NCBI GenBank assembly: GCA_030704615.1
Contig: CM060731.1
Location: 14,756,001-14,820,000, forward strand
DNA: 64,000 bases
From: Takakia lepidozioides
Lineage: Eukaryota; Plantae; Bryophyta
Direction: 5' to 3'
Shown here: positions 1 to 13,724 of the stretch, piece by piece
How positions within the stretch are numbered: position 1 is the first letter of the stretch
How the letters are laid out: the number at the start of each line of letters is the position of its first letter
Program-made: the position numbers and the translations under genes
Notes under the pieces: model-generated
What the model saw: the letters and a program-made list of their open reading frames with translations, nothing else
Databases searched by the model: none
Told to the model about the DNA's origin: nothing

Positions 1-354
1 GAGAAGAAGCGACGGGGGTCCCCACATGCCTGAAAGGTTACCTCGATATCAACCTCCAGAGGGCCTCACTTATCCTGGTAGTGTTCAAAACATCTCGTCA
101 ACCAGTGACAGACCTCGGGCTCGTACACACAGTCCGCCACGAAACTCTCAACGTAAGAAAGGTGCACTCACAAAGGTTGCTAATCGCAATCAGTAAACCG
201 TGAGGACACGGCTTTTTGAGAGGGGAAGGGATAATGTTAGAGGATTGTCTGGGACATAGACACTTACAAGGGATCTGTAGGGTACCCTTAATTTTTGCAC
301 GGACTGAGACCAACAGGAGCCTTAGGGGTGACAGCAGCGCACTGTAGAGGGGGT

Positions 355-572
355 TACACAGTCCGTCACAGTCGTCACAACCGACACAGCCACACAGCCA
401 GTCACAGCCGACACAGCCAGACACAGTTTAGCACAGCCCGACACAGCCCGTCACAGCCGACACAAGCCACACAGCCAGTCACAGCCTGACACAGCCAAAC
501 ACAGTCGCACAGCCAGTCACAGCCCGTCACAGTTTCACACAGCCAGTCACAGCTTGACACAGCTGTCACGAC
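355..572. repeat. Degenerate short-period tandem repeat (units of about 9-10 bp, e.g. GTCACAGCC / GACACAGCC)
   Basis: Roughly 20 imperfect ACAGC(C/T)-containing units are directly visible. They explain the Cys/Gly-rich ORF 98..424 and the His/Ser/Gln-rich ORF 295..489. Confidence 0.85.
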
Positions 573-1539
573 CATAGGGAACGGAGAGCAGGGCAGGGAA
601 CGACTGTGGGGAACAACACCTGCAAATGGAACATGTTAGTTCACGGACGACGGTTAGTGAGGGAAACGGTTAGAGCCACGGGTAGGAAGATAAAGGGAGA
701 AACAAGGACTGAGAAGGGGACATACATATATATATTCTTGGAAGCACTTCAGGGGGGGGAGTTCTTGGTCATGCATGAGAGGGGATCAGACGGAGAGTAA
801 AGATAGAGAGCACGGTGAAGGAGGAAAGATGATTAGTAGATGCTTGTTATATGCAAAGCTGTAGTGATATTGTAGAGCAGATTAAATGTATCATTCTCTT
901 TTAATTTTGTTGGATAATGTATGATAGAATGATTACATGAATATCAAATTCCCCTTATATTTTTACATTCTATGGAGGTGAGTCTTCTATATTTGTTTCT
1001 CTCTTTCTACCCTAAATCCAAACCCTAAACCCTCCTCCTCACCACAAACTTGGACCTTATTGCACTTAATATATCTAGTTACACCCTAAACCTTATTTTA
1101 TTACCCTAGTAGGTCATCTTCCTAATGTTTCAAACTATTTTAATATTTTACTGCCCTTCTCACACCCAAAACATCATTCCAATGGCATTGTCTCCGAATA
1201 TTGTGCTTGTCAAAATGAAGATTCAATCAAAATTACTATCAAGTTGTATTGAGTATGGTAGAGTAGGAGTCTACCCCATGTTCAATTCGACCCATTTGTT
1301 TATCGTGATTACATAATGTAATATTACATCATTCGACTTCCCGGTGGACGTTCAATGAATTGTTCAGTACTGCAACTTCACAAGCACTTCAATGTCAAAT
1401 TGACATCTTATATGTCACATTTTGAAGCAAGTATGACATCACCTGTAATTTCACAAAATTCAATCACACATTACACCATGATATTATTAACATTTGAATT
1501 AATTTTAATTCAAATATATATTAAGTTTTGAATTTAAGC

Positions 1540-2013
1540 CAAAAGTCCAAAATTAGTTAAAATAGGGTAAAAGTATATGTATAGACTTAAGCAAAGTCAA
1601 GATTGGCAAAAGGCTAAAAGAAGGCTAGAGCCAAGTAAAGCAAAGAGTAAGCTTTAAGAACAAGAAGGGATATTAGGAATAACTACAGCCTGGATATCTT
1701 AAGAGCAAGGGGGGTGAGACCCCAAAGACCAGTACTTAAAAGGGATCTGATGTTGAGTCTAGTAGAGAGAGGAAACACAAAGAGAACAGAAGGACAAGTA
1801 GTCAAAGAAAGCGTGATGATCAGATGTGGTTACTCAGAGTCTTGAGAGAGAGCAAGGCAGACTTAGCACCAAGAGGGATCCTGTACTCTTTAGCAAGCAG
1901 CCAGAGAGGTCGATCTCTAGATTGGGAGGTTATCTTGCTTAGAGGTGGCTTAGTTGTTAAGCAATTTTCGTAAGAGGTTTGATCGTTACACCACGTGTAG
2001 AAGCTCCACCTCA
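1540..2013 (+). mobile_element. Possible LTR-retrotransposon LTR remnant
   Basis: Purine-skewed non-coding block ending in CA (2012-2013), followed by ATTTGGTGGCA, which resembles a degenerate primer-binding site. I found no second LTR and no TSD. Confidence 0.25.
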
Positions 2014-2042
2014 ATTTGGTGGCATTGCAAGCACCCCCCTTA

Positions 2043-2924
2043 GAGCATGACCAACAGCAGGGTTTGGGGGCGCTCTATCTTCAAAATAGCATGGCCGCCA
2101 ATTTCGGACATGATCGTGCGTCCCCGCAACATATCTCGCACTTCAAAATTGTGATTCTCACCAAATTTCGTTCCACTCCCGCACTATGTACAATGCTATT
2201 TGAGAGCAACGTTCTCTCGTATAGCCACAGTCCTGATCCGTTGCCCCTGAAAACAACTCCCTGGTCAAATGGACTAGGAGTCTCTTTTGGTGGCAGGGCC
2301 ATGGTCATCGATCTACCACTCAGCCTCACGCCATTACTCTAATATGGATATGGTTGGTTGCTGCTGGGGCGCGCTCTTGCCAGCCCACACACTATCTAGC
2401 TTGCGTGCCTCACCATATGCCTCACTAAAATAGTAATAGAGCGGCAGTTTAGTGAGCGAGCGAATGCTGGTCATACTCCTAGGGCATGACCAGTAGAGCC
2501 TCATGAAACAAGCGCAAAACTGTCCACTAGGCGGATCTTTTGCTGAGGCAATAATGCTAGCAAGCGGCCAACTTGCCATTTGCCCCAATAGCAACTTGCG
2601 GACGCACGCCATCTGGCGCGGTTATCAGTAGCAGCTCCACTTCCACCATAGCCTGGAAACGCCACGTGCGCTCTTCCCCAGACATATGCAAGGTGGGACT
2701 GCCAGTCCATCGGACAACCTGACCGTTGGCCCACTGAATCTGACGATAGCGGCCAACTATCGGGGTCAACAAATGAGCAGTAGAGCCGCGGGAGAGAGGA
2801 TGAGTTTAAGCGGGGAGCTTAAAGAGCCTCGCGGTGCTGCTAGGGACGCGGACAGGCAGCCAAAAATTCAACGTGAGTCATTTTGAAGTTTGCGCCCTTC
2901 TTTTTGGGGCTGCTGGGCATGCTC
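2043..2924. mobile_element. Non-autonomous PIF/Harbinger (Tourist-like) MITE, 882 bp
   Basis: Terminal inverted repeats GAGCATGACCAACAG (2043) and CTGCTGGGCATGCTC (ends 2924). TTA flanks both sides (2040-2042, 2925-2927), the canonical Harbinger TSD. Confidence 0.8.
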
Positions 2925-3118
2925 TTAATCTTATAAAAGTAGTGCAAAGTTTATGACAAAGTGCACACCTTGAACGACGTGACAATTTACCATTAGGAGA
3001 ATTTCTAGTATTGATGAAGGGTCCATGTCCTTTAGCCGTCACTTGCAGGTGAGCTATATATTCTATTCCAGGACACCACGGCTTGTCATTTTCGGACATT
3101 ATCCAACAATATATATTT

Positions 3119-3700
3119 CCAACGTCACCTATTTCTATTATGGTGCCACACCCGACAATATATACCACCAACGTCACCTATTTCTATTAAGTATGGTGCC
3201 ACACCCGATAATATATACTACCAACATCACCTATTTCTATTATGGCACCACACCCCACAATATATACCACCAACGTCACCTATTTCTATTAAGTATGGTG
3301 CCACACCCGATAATATATACTACCAACATCACCTATTTCTATTATGGCACCACACCCCACAATATATACCACCAACGTCACCTATTTCTATTAAGTATGG
3401 TGCCACACCCGACAATATATACTACCAACGTCACCTATTTCTATTTATGGTGCCACACTAGGTTTTCACACTGCTACAAGTGCTGGCAGACGTAGCTATC
3501 ACGATGAAGGAGAGCAAAATGATATACCACCAATCAGGCACCTATTTCTATTGAATCTGGTGCAACACCCGACAATAGAAACTACCAACGTCACCTATTT
3601 CTATTATGGTGCCACATGCCACTTACAACTTAGATGCAGTAAAAACACATGCTTTGTAACTGTAATAGGTGTTTCTATTATGGTGCCACACGCCACTTGG
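3119..3700. repeat. Minisatellite of alternating 49-bp and 53-bp monomers (102-bp higher-order unit)
   Basis: The unit CCAACGTCACCTATTTCTATTATGGTGCCACACCCGACAATATATACCA alternates with a variant carrying a 4-bp insertion. About 7 monomers run to 3457, with degenerate copies to about 3700. This produces the 34-aa periodicity of ORF 3025..3495. Confidence 0.9.
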
Positions 3701-3760
3701 AACTTAGATGCAATAAAAACTAAAAACACATGCTGAGTGGAACTTAAATGCAGTAAAAAC

Positions 3761-4372
3761 CAGGGTTGGGTGGTTCTCTAGTTTTGGGTGAAAGAACCGG
3801 CGATCCGGGCCAGGTATCTACCCTCTGGGTATGAAAAATTCAAATAACCTAGTCAGGATTGAACCAACGGATACCAAAATCCATTTACCCGATAACTTCA
3901 CCGAACCGGGGGTTGTCTAATGGTTGTTTTCCATATGAACGAGAGGGGAGGGTAAGGGTAACTGCACCTGACACATACTTGGGTATAAGGGCGGTTATCT
4001 AGGGTCCACTTTTTTTAAATGACCTTCAATTATATATATATAATTGTGGGGTTGGAATTTTTCTCATACATGCACATTTTCTATTATTTTGTCCATAACA
4101 ACTTTTTAGAATTCAGAACCGGGAGGGAACAGGGTGATCTCTCGGTTCTCTACCCATATACCTGAGCACCGGATTTGGTGGGTAATTGCATGAAAGAACC
4201 GGTATAGAATGTCATATCCGTGATAATGTAACTCAGAGATATACCCTGCACCGCAAATTCTGTAACTCTCCATATTGTGAAAAACCAGGCCCCAAAGGTT
4301 CTCTATTTACCTTCCACAAGATAGAACCTACCCTGCAAGTTCTACCCAAAACCAGAGAACCGCCCAACAGTG
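3761..4372. mobile_element. Non-autonomous hAT MITE, 612 bp
   Basis: TIRs CAGGGTTGGGTGGTTCTCT and AGAGAACCGCCCAACAGTG. 8-bp TSD GTAAAAAC at 3753-3760 and 4373-4380. Confidence 0.85.
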
Positions 4373-7300
4373 GTAAAAACACATGTTGTGTAACTGTAAT
4401 AGGTGGGTTTTAGAGGTAACGCGAATGGGTAAGGGCACCCGAATGGGCATATCCACCCTAGTAGTAACCGACCGACCACAAACCAATTTATCTAACATTT
4501 GCACTTCCAAATTATGCTAATCATTGCATAACTGTCACATATTCCATTCATTTATTTTGCAAACGAGTTGGGGTGCATATATGCTAGCTATATCATATTA
4601 TGGTTTCTATCAATTAATTGATTCATGTTTGCTGTTTTTTTTTGGGGGGGCCTGCCTTTGCAGAGCCCATTATTTACTAATTTAGTAGGTAATAAGTTAG
4701 TAGGTAGTAAGAGGGGGGGGCTCCTTTATATACCCTCTTATGGCGGTGGGACCCTTCTAGAAGGCCCTGAACATGTCAATCCTATAAGATTCCCTATTCT
4801 AAATTTGGCCAATTCCTCCTTTCTTTTTTTGGATCCCCTCATCTCATTCCTTAATACACGTGGCCTTCCTACATAAGCGCCCCACTCTATTTCCCGAGCC
4901 ACAGTAATTCCTGGAGCACTCTAGAATCAGGGCCCGAATGAAACTGCTCTACATATTCAACCATAAGAGGAAATCCTCAATCTTTGCAGCACTTGTGTGA
5001 TCGATAGTCTGGAGATGTTGGATTGGTTTGACTAGAAGAGTAACTGACCATCAACGCTCCTAAACTCCAGCGGAAATACCTTGCGCATCCTCCTTAGAAG
5101 AATAAGCATACTGACAGTAAGAGCAGTCTTTGCAACGCAAGCTGACATCTATCTTGCTCAACATACACAACATGATACAATAAGAGTTCAGTAAACCTCT
5201 CTCACACCCCTCTCTCACACCCCTCCACATCCTCACATTGTCAACGCTCTACCTAGTCCCACCATTGGCAAGGATATTTAAAGAACTCCTGCCAGCGCAG
5301 AATACATTGGTTTCTGCTGGATTCCTAGCCGGATCAACACAGCGACTCCAAAAGGGAAACCGCAAAAGTGTTTTCGTGTTATCACGTAATTTCGGTAGGA
5401 TGCAACCACATGCTAAGGGGGATCCAGTTTCAGCTGCACAGCCCGGCCCCTTAAGCCGTGAGGGAGAAGCAAAGATATTTTTGGTCCTTCCAACCCCGAT
5501 GCAAGAAACGATTGCAACAGCAGGTTCCTCTATACATGGAAAACGATCGTCCAGCTTCAGGGATCACGCATATGTGTGAAACATCATTCGCCGCTGCATT
5601 TTCTATATCCCTTTGCTTGTGTCTTTCCGGGGCACATATCAATCTCTCTCTCCTCCGGTCCCCCAAACGTCTCCAAAAGGAGAGGTTGGTTGCTTCTTCG
5701 GAGCCTTCCCACATAATTTCCCAGCACATGTCAATCTTTTTGTCATCTCTCCTCTCCGTCGGACCTGAGTGAGTAATCTCTGCATTCCTCCTACATTTAA
5801 TCATGAGTGTGGCCATCTAATTTACAGTGTCTGCGTGACTCTTAGCTACGCAGACCTTGGTCGGAGTTTCTTCTTCTAGAGTGTCTGCATAGTTAGTGTG
5901 GACGCGACATACATGAAACATGAGGATCTCCAGCCAGTCCGCAATGACCTGTCAAATCCGATTATGAACGATCATGACTAAACTTCACTTACAGACTAGG
6001 AAGTCGTTACAAAGGGTTGTAAGCGTTACGTTGCTTCTTCGCTCTCCACAGTCTCATGATTTGCAGATGTACATGTGTGTATGGAAAGATTTGAGGATCT
6101 GCAGTTGGGCTCATATCCCATTCCAACTAATGCCTACCTACATTCACTTGCAAGCTCTTGCAGACTGTTCTCAGACGTGTGTTTAATCCACATTTCTTTT
6201 CAGTAGGGGAAGTTGGCCCTGTTCAATGGGATTCTATACCGGACAGCTGCTTATGGCTGACCTGGTTGTTTTGTGGGACATTCACCTTGTGAATCTTTGG
6301 GGCTTTCTCTTCCCAAAGTTTCTTTGAATGCGCAGGTTTTTGTTGGATTGGCCCAAGTAAAGAGTGGAGGATGTAGTCCGGAGTTTCTTAAAAAACCTGG
6401 CTGAAAATTTCCTCACAGAAATTGAACACCTTCCTGTCCAGAAAACTGTTCCACAGCTTCCATGTTTTGCACCACGATAAGATGCAACATCACATTCCAG
6501 CTTGTGCCCCGGATGTTGGCAGAAAATTACTTTACCTCTTACAGTATCTGTCCTCCCAGTAGGAGATTAAGGAATGCTGGGATAGGGGGAAGATGACAAC
6601 CTTAAGAATGACCAAATAAGAATTGGGCAGCTGTGTTTACCTCAAACTGTAGTCCTGTGGTAGTTTACAGTTCAACTGTTCTTTCCAGAAAATATTAGGC
6701 TGGAAGTATGATCCACAAGGAAGCTGGGTCCTAAGTTTACCAAACAATTCAATATCACCAGAGCTTCCCTAGAGTCAGTCAAGCCTACCAAGGAATTTGT
6801 GTACACCATGGTAAAATTGCATGTTGGGCTTATCAGCATTTGAGCAATGTCCACTTCAGCCTGTGAGTGATCTATTTAGAGCTATGATTTCTCTCCTCTC
6901 TGAGTGAGGTCTAATAGATCGATGTTTAGCAGCCAAATGAAATCATCAACCACAAAATTTGATAGCCAAGTCTTGCTTGCAATGCAACCTTCAGCAGCTG
7001 TCAATAGATGACCAACCTGAAACGAAACGTATTGCAAGGTGCAAGTTTTGATGAGTCTACATCCACAGCCAACTGGATGACATACAAGATTATCCACACC
7101 ATGCTCAGCAAGCAACATGTTCAAGGGAAATGCTTCAATATCAGCATTTTTGTCCTGCTAAAAGTTCAAGTGCATGCTTGAACCACCGCTACACACATTG
7201 AAGGGAATAGCAGACTTTGAGAAAAGGAAAACTGGTCATGGAGGCTTAGGCATAGATACAGATAATATGCTACAAAACTTGTGCAGCTTCTCAACCTTGC

Positions 7301-7552
7301 TATACAGGGAACTGATCATGGGATTGCATAGAGACCTCTACTCTTAGCTGGACATAAATCCAGTCTTCACACAACAAAACTTTGTGCCTGGTTTGTCAAT
7401 AGGGGCATCTGTCTCCACGCTCACAGAACAAACCAAGCTGGTTTGAACTTAACCTGCCTCTTAATTTAGACTCAATCACTTAAGAAGGACAACCAACACA
7501 GCTCTTGGGGCAGCGACGGCGAAGAGCAGGGACACCATCCAATTGAAGCGGT

Positions 7553-10500
7553 TCAAGTTTTCTGCACATTCCATTAAACGAATCTTTGAATATCTGGACG
7601 CGGCCATAAGGCCATTGCATGATAATAGTTTTGCTGTGGCTCGTCACCAGATTTCTGAGCCAACTCTGATTCATGCATCCATGGTTGGCACATGTTAGAT
7701 TGACCAAAGGATCAAAGACGTAGCTTGTAAACTCCAAAGTTTACAAGGGGGAAGAGATATTCCTGGCATATGGTGTACCACTTCCATATGCTCTCACATA
7801 ACCAATCTGATGTGGAGGGCTCCAACTTGGCTTCATCATCCACTGGCATGCTCAGAAAGCGGATCTTCATAATTGGAAGATTTGCAGTGTCCACTGTCAA
7901 GATTTCTTGTTTGCTTTCATTTCTAGCATGTGAGCTTTTCATGGTGTATCGGATGGATGGATAAATAAGGGCCAAATCTGTGGCCAGTAGTTGCTGAACT
8001 ACGCAACTGTGGTCTGTGTACTATTAGTAATAGTCTGTTATGCACCTAATTTTCAGTCACATAAGGTAGGCGGATGTGATTGTGCGGATGTGATTGTGAC
8101 TCAAGGATTATACTTCAGGGTCAAGTGCAAAGACACCCTGCCACCCAGTCCCCCCAAAGCGAGCCTCTGGATTTGCTGGGTGACAAACATGAAATTAAAG
8201 AAGCATGGTTAGACTTCCCACTGCAGCGGAATTATCCTCTTACTTATGCAACCTTTTACATAACCGGCAAATGCAGAGCTTCCTCTGATGGGGCACACTC
8301 TCATCCGTTGAGAGCGGAGGCGCTATAACCTGTAGCCCCCGTAGCAGGAGCTCTTCTTCAAACAGATGACATATCACTCTGCCATTTGCCGGTCGCTAGG
8401 TATCGCTTGGAGCACGGCCAATACCACCTGTAGCAGGCCTTGCCACTGCCACCGCCCGGGCCCACTACAGACCGTATTCGCCCAGCAGACACCTAGTCCA
8501 TATCACAACTACATAAAACTAACATATACTCAGAATCTGATAGGGGAGAAGTATGTACAGCTAAAAGGTTCTAAAAGGAAGACAGAAAGAGGAAAAGATC
8601 AAATTTATTATGTCCATGGGGGCAAGAGAAGGAAAGAATGAAACTGTATGGAGTCCACAGGGGAACTCAAGAGAGTCAAGTTGGATTAGGGATTCCATTG
8701 AGACTGTCATCTCTTCCCTCTGGACAAAAAACTTTGAAGAGGAGAAAAAGAGAGGTTTGCCCATACTTGGATAGGTAAGAAAAGCTTGAATTCGGGAGGG
8801 AGCTCCTCCTCTGAGTAGAGTCGATCAGAGAAGTAGATGCGCCGGATGCGGCAGTTGGCATGCACTTGCACGCGCAGTGTCTCCACATAGTTAGTCCCAT
8901 ATGCCCTCCTTGTAAAATCCGAGAGATTAAACTGGATTTGGTTCCACCCCTCATCCAGCCTCATTGGCATTGTGCAAATAAATGGTTTCACTCGGGTGGA
9001 AGACTGTCACCCAACCCATATGGGCGAGAATGAGAGCTGTGAAACTTGTATCCATGTTAGACTGCCTGGTGGTCCCTCATATCAAAATTTCAAAACCCTG
9101 TTGCTAGACAGATACTCGGCCTCCACATGAAATTGTGTGACGCAAGGAGTGCATCCGTAATAGATGTATTTACAGCCAAAACAAAACCAGAGGGATGAAA
9201 TTTAAAGACAATGCATCTCTTCCGACAAACCATGCCATACCTGGAGCCTCAACATGAGATCATAAATCACCTCATATTTCCCTTCTAACACCTAGATGTT
9301 CTTGTCCACTGACTGCTTTTCTTCTAGGAGTGCCACAGACATCATGTTCGAGGGCACTGGAAACAGAGTACTGGAGAGGTAAAAGCAACTGTCGATTGAT
9401 GTCACAACCATAAAAAAAGTACCAGCAGCTGTCTCCCCTCTTTGTAGATTCATGTATATTTGGATCTCAGCAGCAAACCTCACATGAATGGAATGAAAAA
9501 GAAAGATTTCTAATCCATAAGAGATGACACACAGGGGCTACTCAAAAATATCTGGTTTGAGTGCAACCAAGTGGCCTGCACTGACTCCCTCCAAGCTTTC
9601 TTAAGCTCTTAGCTGAGGATCATACATTCTCAAGGTAACAAAAAGATACAGCCCCAAAAAATTTATCAACCTACTCAGCATTCTGAGGTAGACTAGAACC
9701 TGATAGTTGGAGGCTCGAAACCGACGGCGTATGTTCTTATCGTCCAGCACCTGTACTTCAAATGTGAAGTATTTCTTCATGTTTTTAATGATCATGACCA
9801 GAAATGGCAGCTTAATGCCCAAAATTTGTGAAGGTTCACCCGGGCAGGTTATGAAATTGGTGCTAACATTTGTTCCCATTATTTCCAATACAGTGGACTG
9901 TATATCCTCATCAGTACACCTCTTGATGTGCCCATTTTGTACTGGCACCATACAACCCCATACAAGCATCATGAGCCTTCTACTGTTCCTGTGCCTGTGG
10001 TCATACTATAATCCCACCCACATAACATCAATCTCTCTCTCTCTCTTGTTATACTGGAACTCCTACCAGCTTCTTGGGGAACACCAAAAGGTACTCCCTC
10101 TGGACGTCTTGTGGACATGAGAAATTTCTTTCCTGTCTCTCTTTGCAACTCCAATGTACTTTTTGTGGACAGACAAAGAGTACATGGCTCTCTCGCTCTG
10201 ACCCTCCTGTGGATGTAATACATCTCCCTCTCTCAATCTCTCACGCACGGATGAAAAACAAACTGACACCTATTAGTGAGTGGGAAATGGACGTAGGAAA
10301 TAAAGCTCAACTTTCTACTCAGATACTCACTCTAGATACACAAACAAATTGTTTGAAGGTAGTGAAACAAAGAAAATTACTGAACAGAGCTTAGCGTAAA
10401 AATCTCCCTGAAAGACAAACATGACATCAACAATTCCCAATACTCGGTATCACAATGGGGCTTCCAAGCACACCACTGTAGAGGGAGTGCACTGTGAACG

Positions 10501-11456
10501 ATGATGATGAGCCATAAGCCTTTATTACAGATCCAAAAATGCTGAAACAGTTGCACACCTTGCGAATAATTTGAACTTGACGGTCCAAGAACTACAGAGT
10601 CTAAGTTCGGCATACAGAAGCATTTGTGCCATAATATGGCCTGGTTGCTAACTGTACAGGGTTCTTTAAAGCCTGACTACTACATGGAGTAGATTGGTAC
10701 AAAACTAGGACCATGTCACCTTTCTTGTGCCATATTGTAAGAGGAACCAATCATTCAAGCTCCTCCAATGAACATGATCCTGAAGCATACTGACCAAGAT
10801 AGTCTCTGCTAGACAGTACCTAACATTAGAGGGCAGTTAGACCACTCTGAAAGAAACAGCAAGAGCAAGGGCTTACCTTCTTTGTCCCATATCTGCAAAG
10901 GCTTACTCCTGCCCCACAACCACCAACAGAAGAAGCACACGAGAAACCTCTATGAGTTTCACAATGAGATGATCCTCACCAACTTAAATGTCAGATTGCC
11001 TGACCCATTGCAGAGAGAGAAACCCTAATCCAATTGAAGCACTTGAAAAGGGATCTCCAACATGCTAAGCAAATCTTGTTGGATAAAACTTTGCTTGACT
11101 CCAATGCCACATTTCAGTTTGAAGCTAATAGTCTACTGGTTTTCTTCATACCTGCAATTAAAACATGCAGTGCATCGGGCGTGCATTTGACCTTAAAAGT
11201 AAGAAATAAAGAGGTTTGCTTGAGTCACATACTCAACTACTGATTGTTACACTAGTACAGGGATATTTGCAGTACTTATACTCAAGCTGCCTGATGATGG
11301 ATGTAAAAGCAGACACAAAATTTTGAGGTCCTCCAGAAGTCATACATATGAAAATGGGGCAATGATTTCACAGTTGCCAATGGTAAGTTGTCTTCGCACT
11401 TACCCAATGCTGTATAGAATCGAGAGAAAACCCGACTGAAACGTGTTCCTAAACAT
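7553..11456 (-). CDS. CFAP20: Cilia- and flagella-associated protein 20 (BUG22), 190 aa, 5 coding exons
   Basis: Exons 11404-11456 ([18 protein letters not shown]), 10877-10908 ([10 protein letters not shown]), 9700-9941 (VQNGHIKR...RASNYQ), 8767-9003 ([22 protein letters not shown]...FLPIQ) and 7553-7561 (KT*). All introns are GT-AG and phase-consistent, giving 573 nt. The 9-nt last exon is inferred from the family's QKx* ending and is the least certain part. Confidence 0.93.
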
Positions 11457-12649
11457 GTTGGTTGTCGAAATAAGCAGCTCCCCTTCAATACAAGCGATTT
11501 GCCTCCTCTAACCTTTTCTTAGACAAAATCTGATTATACTCTGGCCGAGCAGTCTGCAGAACCACAAATAATAACCTTGTTAGCTCATGCCAACTATAAG
11601 TTGATTATATCATACAATGTTGCTCCGAGACTCACATCAAACAATCTGTTTTGGTGACATCCCCAATTAAGAAGAGACCCACTCCATGCTATAACAAATC
11701 CAGACAAAGACCTTACTTCATGCCCTGAAATTTTGAGTTGGATCACCAAGCCAATCTCACACTAACATACAAACTGAATCTATTTCAAGCATTACGACCA
11801 GGATAAAGAGTTGGGGGTGTTCCGTGGAGACCGATTAGTACTTGTCCTGGTTTGGATGCGTATGCTTACAACAATTCTTAGTCCATACATATAAGTTGAC
11901 TGGAAACACACTAAAAGCAAGTAATCTGGAAACACGAGTTTTACAATGTGTTTTACAAACATATACACATTTCCATAGCTGCATCTGTGAATAAAACTCC
12001 AGCATTAGCAGGCTATTCCATTCCCATCAATCCAATTTATTACAATTACTAGAGGCTGCCCTTTCATCGGATGCCCTCGCCATAAGAGTCAAGAATGCAA
12101 GGTCTCAAAATGGTTTTAGAACATATGGGAAGAAAATTGCTGCTGGAAAACCCCTGCGCAGCTATGGAGGTCGACCATCGATCTTCAAAAAAAGGCAAAG
12201 AGATTAAATAAACAGGACCAGATCTCTAACAATAAGGAGAATCCTGCATTCCGCACGAGGCGATCCCCGACAAACCCTGCAGCATGCAACTGCCACTCCG
12301 CCCGATCACCGAATTGAACCTGCATTGAAAATCTACACACAACCATGTAACCACGTAGAGGCCAGAGAACGACGGATACAGAAATTCTGAAATCGCTGCC
12401 CGAGCCATACCAGGTCCTTGAAGAGCAGGAACGCGATAACGAAGAAGAGGACAAACAAAATTTCGAACTCAGCAACCCGCACCAGCTCGAACACGGAGTC
12501 AACTGCCCTGGTCAGCAGCGATGGCGGAGGGCCCCGCTGTTGCCTGCGCATTGAGCCCCTCGTTTTCTCTTCCTTCTCTCTTGCACTGGCCTCCTCCTCG
12601 CTGCTACCTAACGCAACCTCTCCTCTCAAGCCATCCACTCCTTCCTCTT

Positions 12650-13470
12650 CCGCTCTCTTGAAGAAGTTAACAGATCTCTGCCTCACATACATGGACAATG
12701 CAATGCAGGCTGTGATCTTAAGAAACGGCCACGAGATGCCTTCGGACGCTGCGCAACAGTTATTATTCACGCACACTCTCCATCTCTACCTCTGGTCATC
12801 TCCTCTAACCCCGGGTAGGTAAACAGACCCCCGCATCCCATTTTCTGAAGCACGCATGAAATTGTATCCACATTCGTCGGGCTGATTCACTCGCTGCACT
12901 TGTTATTGTTGCATACGGTCCGCATTCCAAACGCGTTGCAACCACAACCCGCCCCGTCATGACCCCGATCAACACGATCACATGCTCGCAATTCTGCAGA
13001 TCTCGGGTAGGCAGGATTGAATCATGCGCTACGGTGAGGACGACGAGAGACCACCCGCAGACCATCATTAGGGTTTGGATGACTACCGTGAAAATCTGTA
13101 ACGGCCTAATGGATGCCAGCCGGCACGTGTGAGGGCGGCGTCCATGGACAGAGCAGGCGATGGATGAATGAAGAGTGTCAGGGCTGCAGGGATGCATTCA
13201 CACGAGTCGGAATGGGCTGGATTTAGAACTTCTTAAGGACCCGTGTGAACGCCCTCCTGCCGGTGACCTGCCGGCGCTGCCCGTAGATTCCGGGATCTGT
13301 ATCGTAGATCCCGAATGAGGATCAATGAGTTGACTAGAGTGACGAATGAAGCGAGCTGACGTGACGGATGAAGCAAACTCCGTCCGTCGCTCGCGACCCG
13401 AGACGTTCGCTAGGCTCGTCTCTCTCGCCGTCTTTCTCTCCGTCTCTCTATAAGCTCTTTGAGCTTTCCG
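12650..13470. promoter_or_regulatory. Probable shared divergent promoter region between CFAP20 and CAT
   Basis: The two genes are head-to-head (ATGs at 11456 and 13725). The interval is CpG-rich with CT-rich leader-like tracts on both sides and a TATAA at 13449 ahead of the CAT leader. Confidence 0.4.
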
Positions 13471-13724
13471 CGGAGGTTACAAAGTAGCATTATCTGTCTC
13501 ACACTCTCAATCGGGGTCCTCGCTCTCTCTCACGAGGTATATGTCACGCGGTGTTTGATGCATCAAGCAAACTACTTTTGGATTCAACATCTCTTGAATT
13601 TTTGTACATGTTCCGGAAGGATTTTCTTAGTTTGTGAAATCTGAGGTGACTGTGATTGTAGGTTGGAGGTGGTCCTTGTCAGACAGGTAGCAAACAGCAG
13701 TTTTGGAGCAGTTGCAAAGGCGGG

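Noticed and set aside
98-489. Cys-rich (metallothionein-like) ORF 98..424 and overlapping His-rich ORF
   Set aside because: Both are translations of the short ACAGCC tandem repeat, with no splice or family support.
3119-3457. CRISPR-like regular repeat array
   Set aside because: The monomers are contiguous with no unique spacers, there are no cas genes, and the context is eukaryotic.
7917-7922. Alternative CFAP20 last exon (tag|AAA TGA, K*), or read-through of ORF 8707..8991 into the intron
   Set aside because: The TGCAG|AAAACTTGA site at 7561 has a better acceptor and gives the family-typical 190-aa QKT* ending. Not excluded without RNA data.
12185-13197. Several 100-147-aa ORFs on both strands
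   Set aside because: Low-complexity CT/GA-rich leader or promoter sequence between divergent genes, with no recognisable domain.
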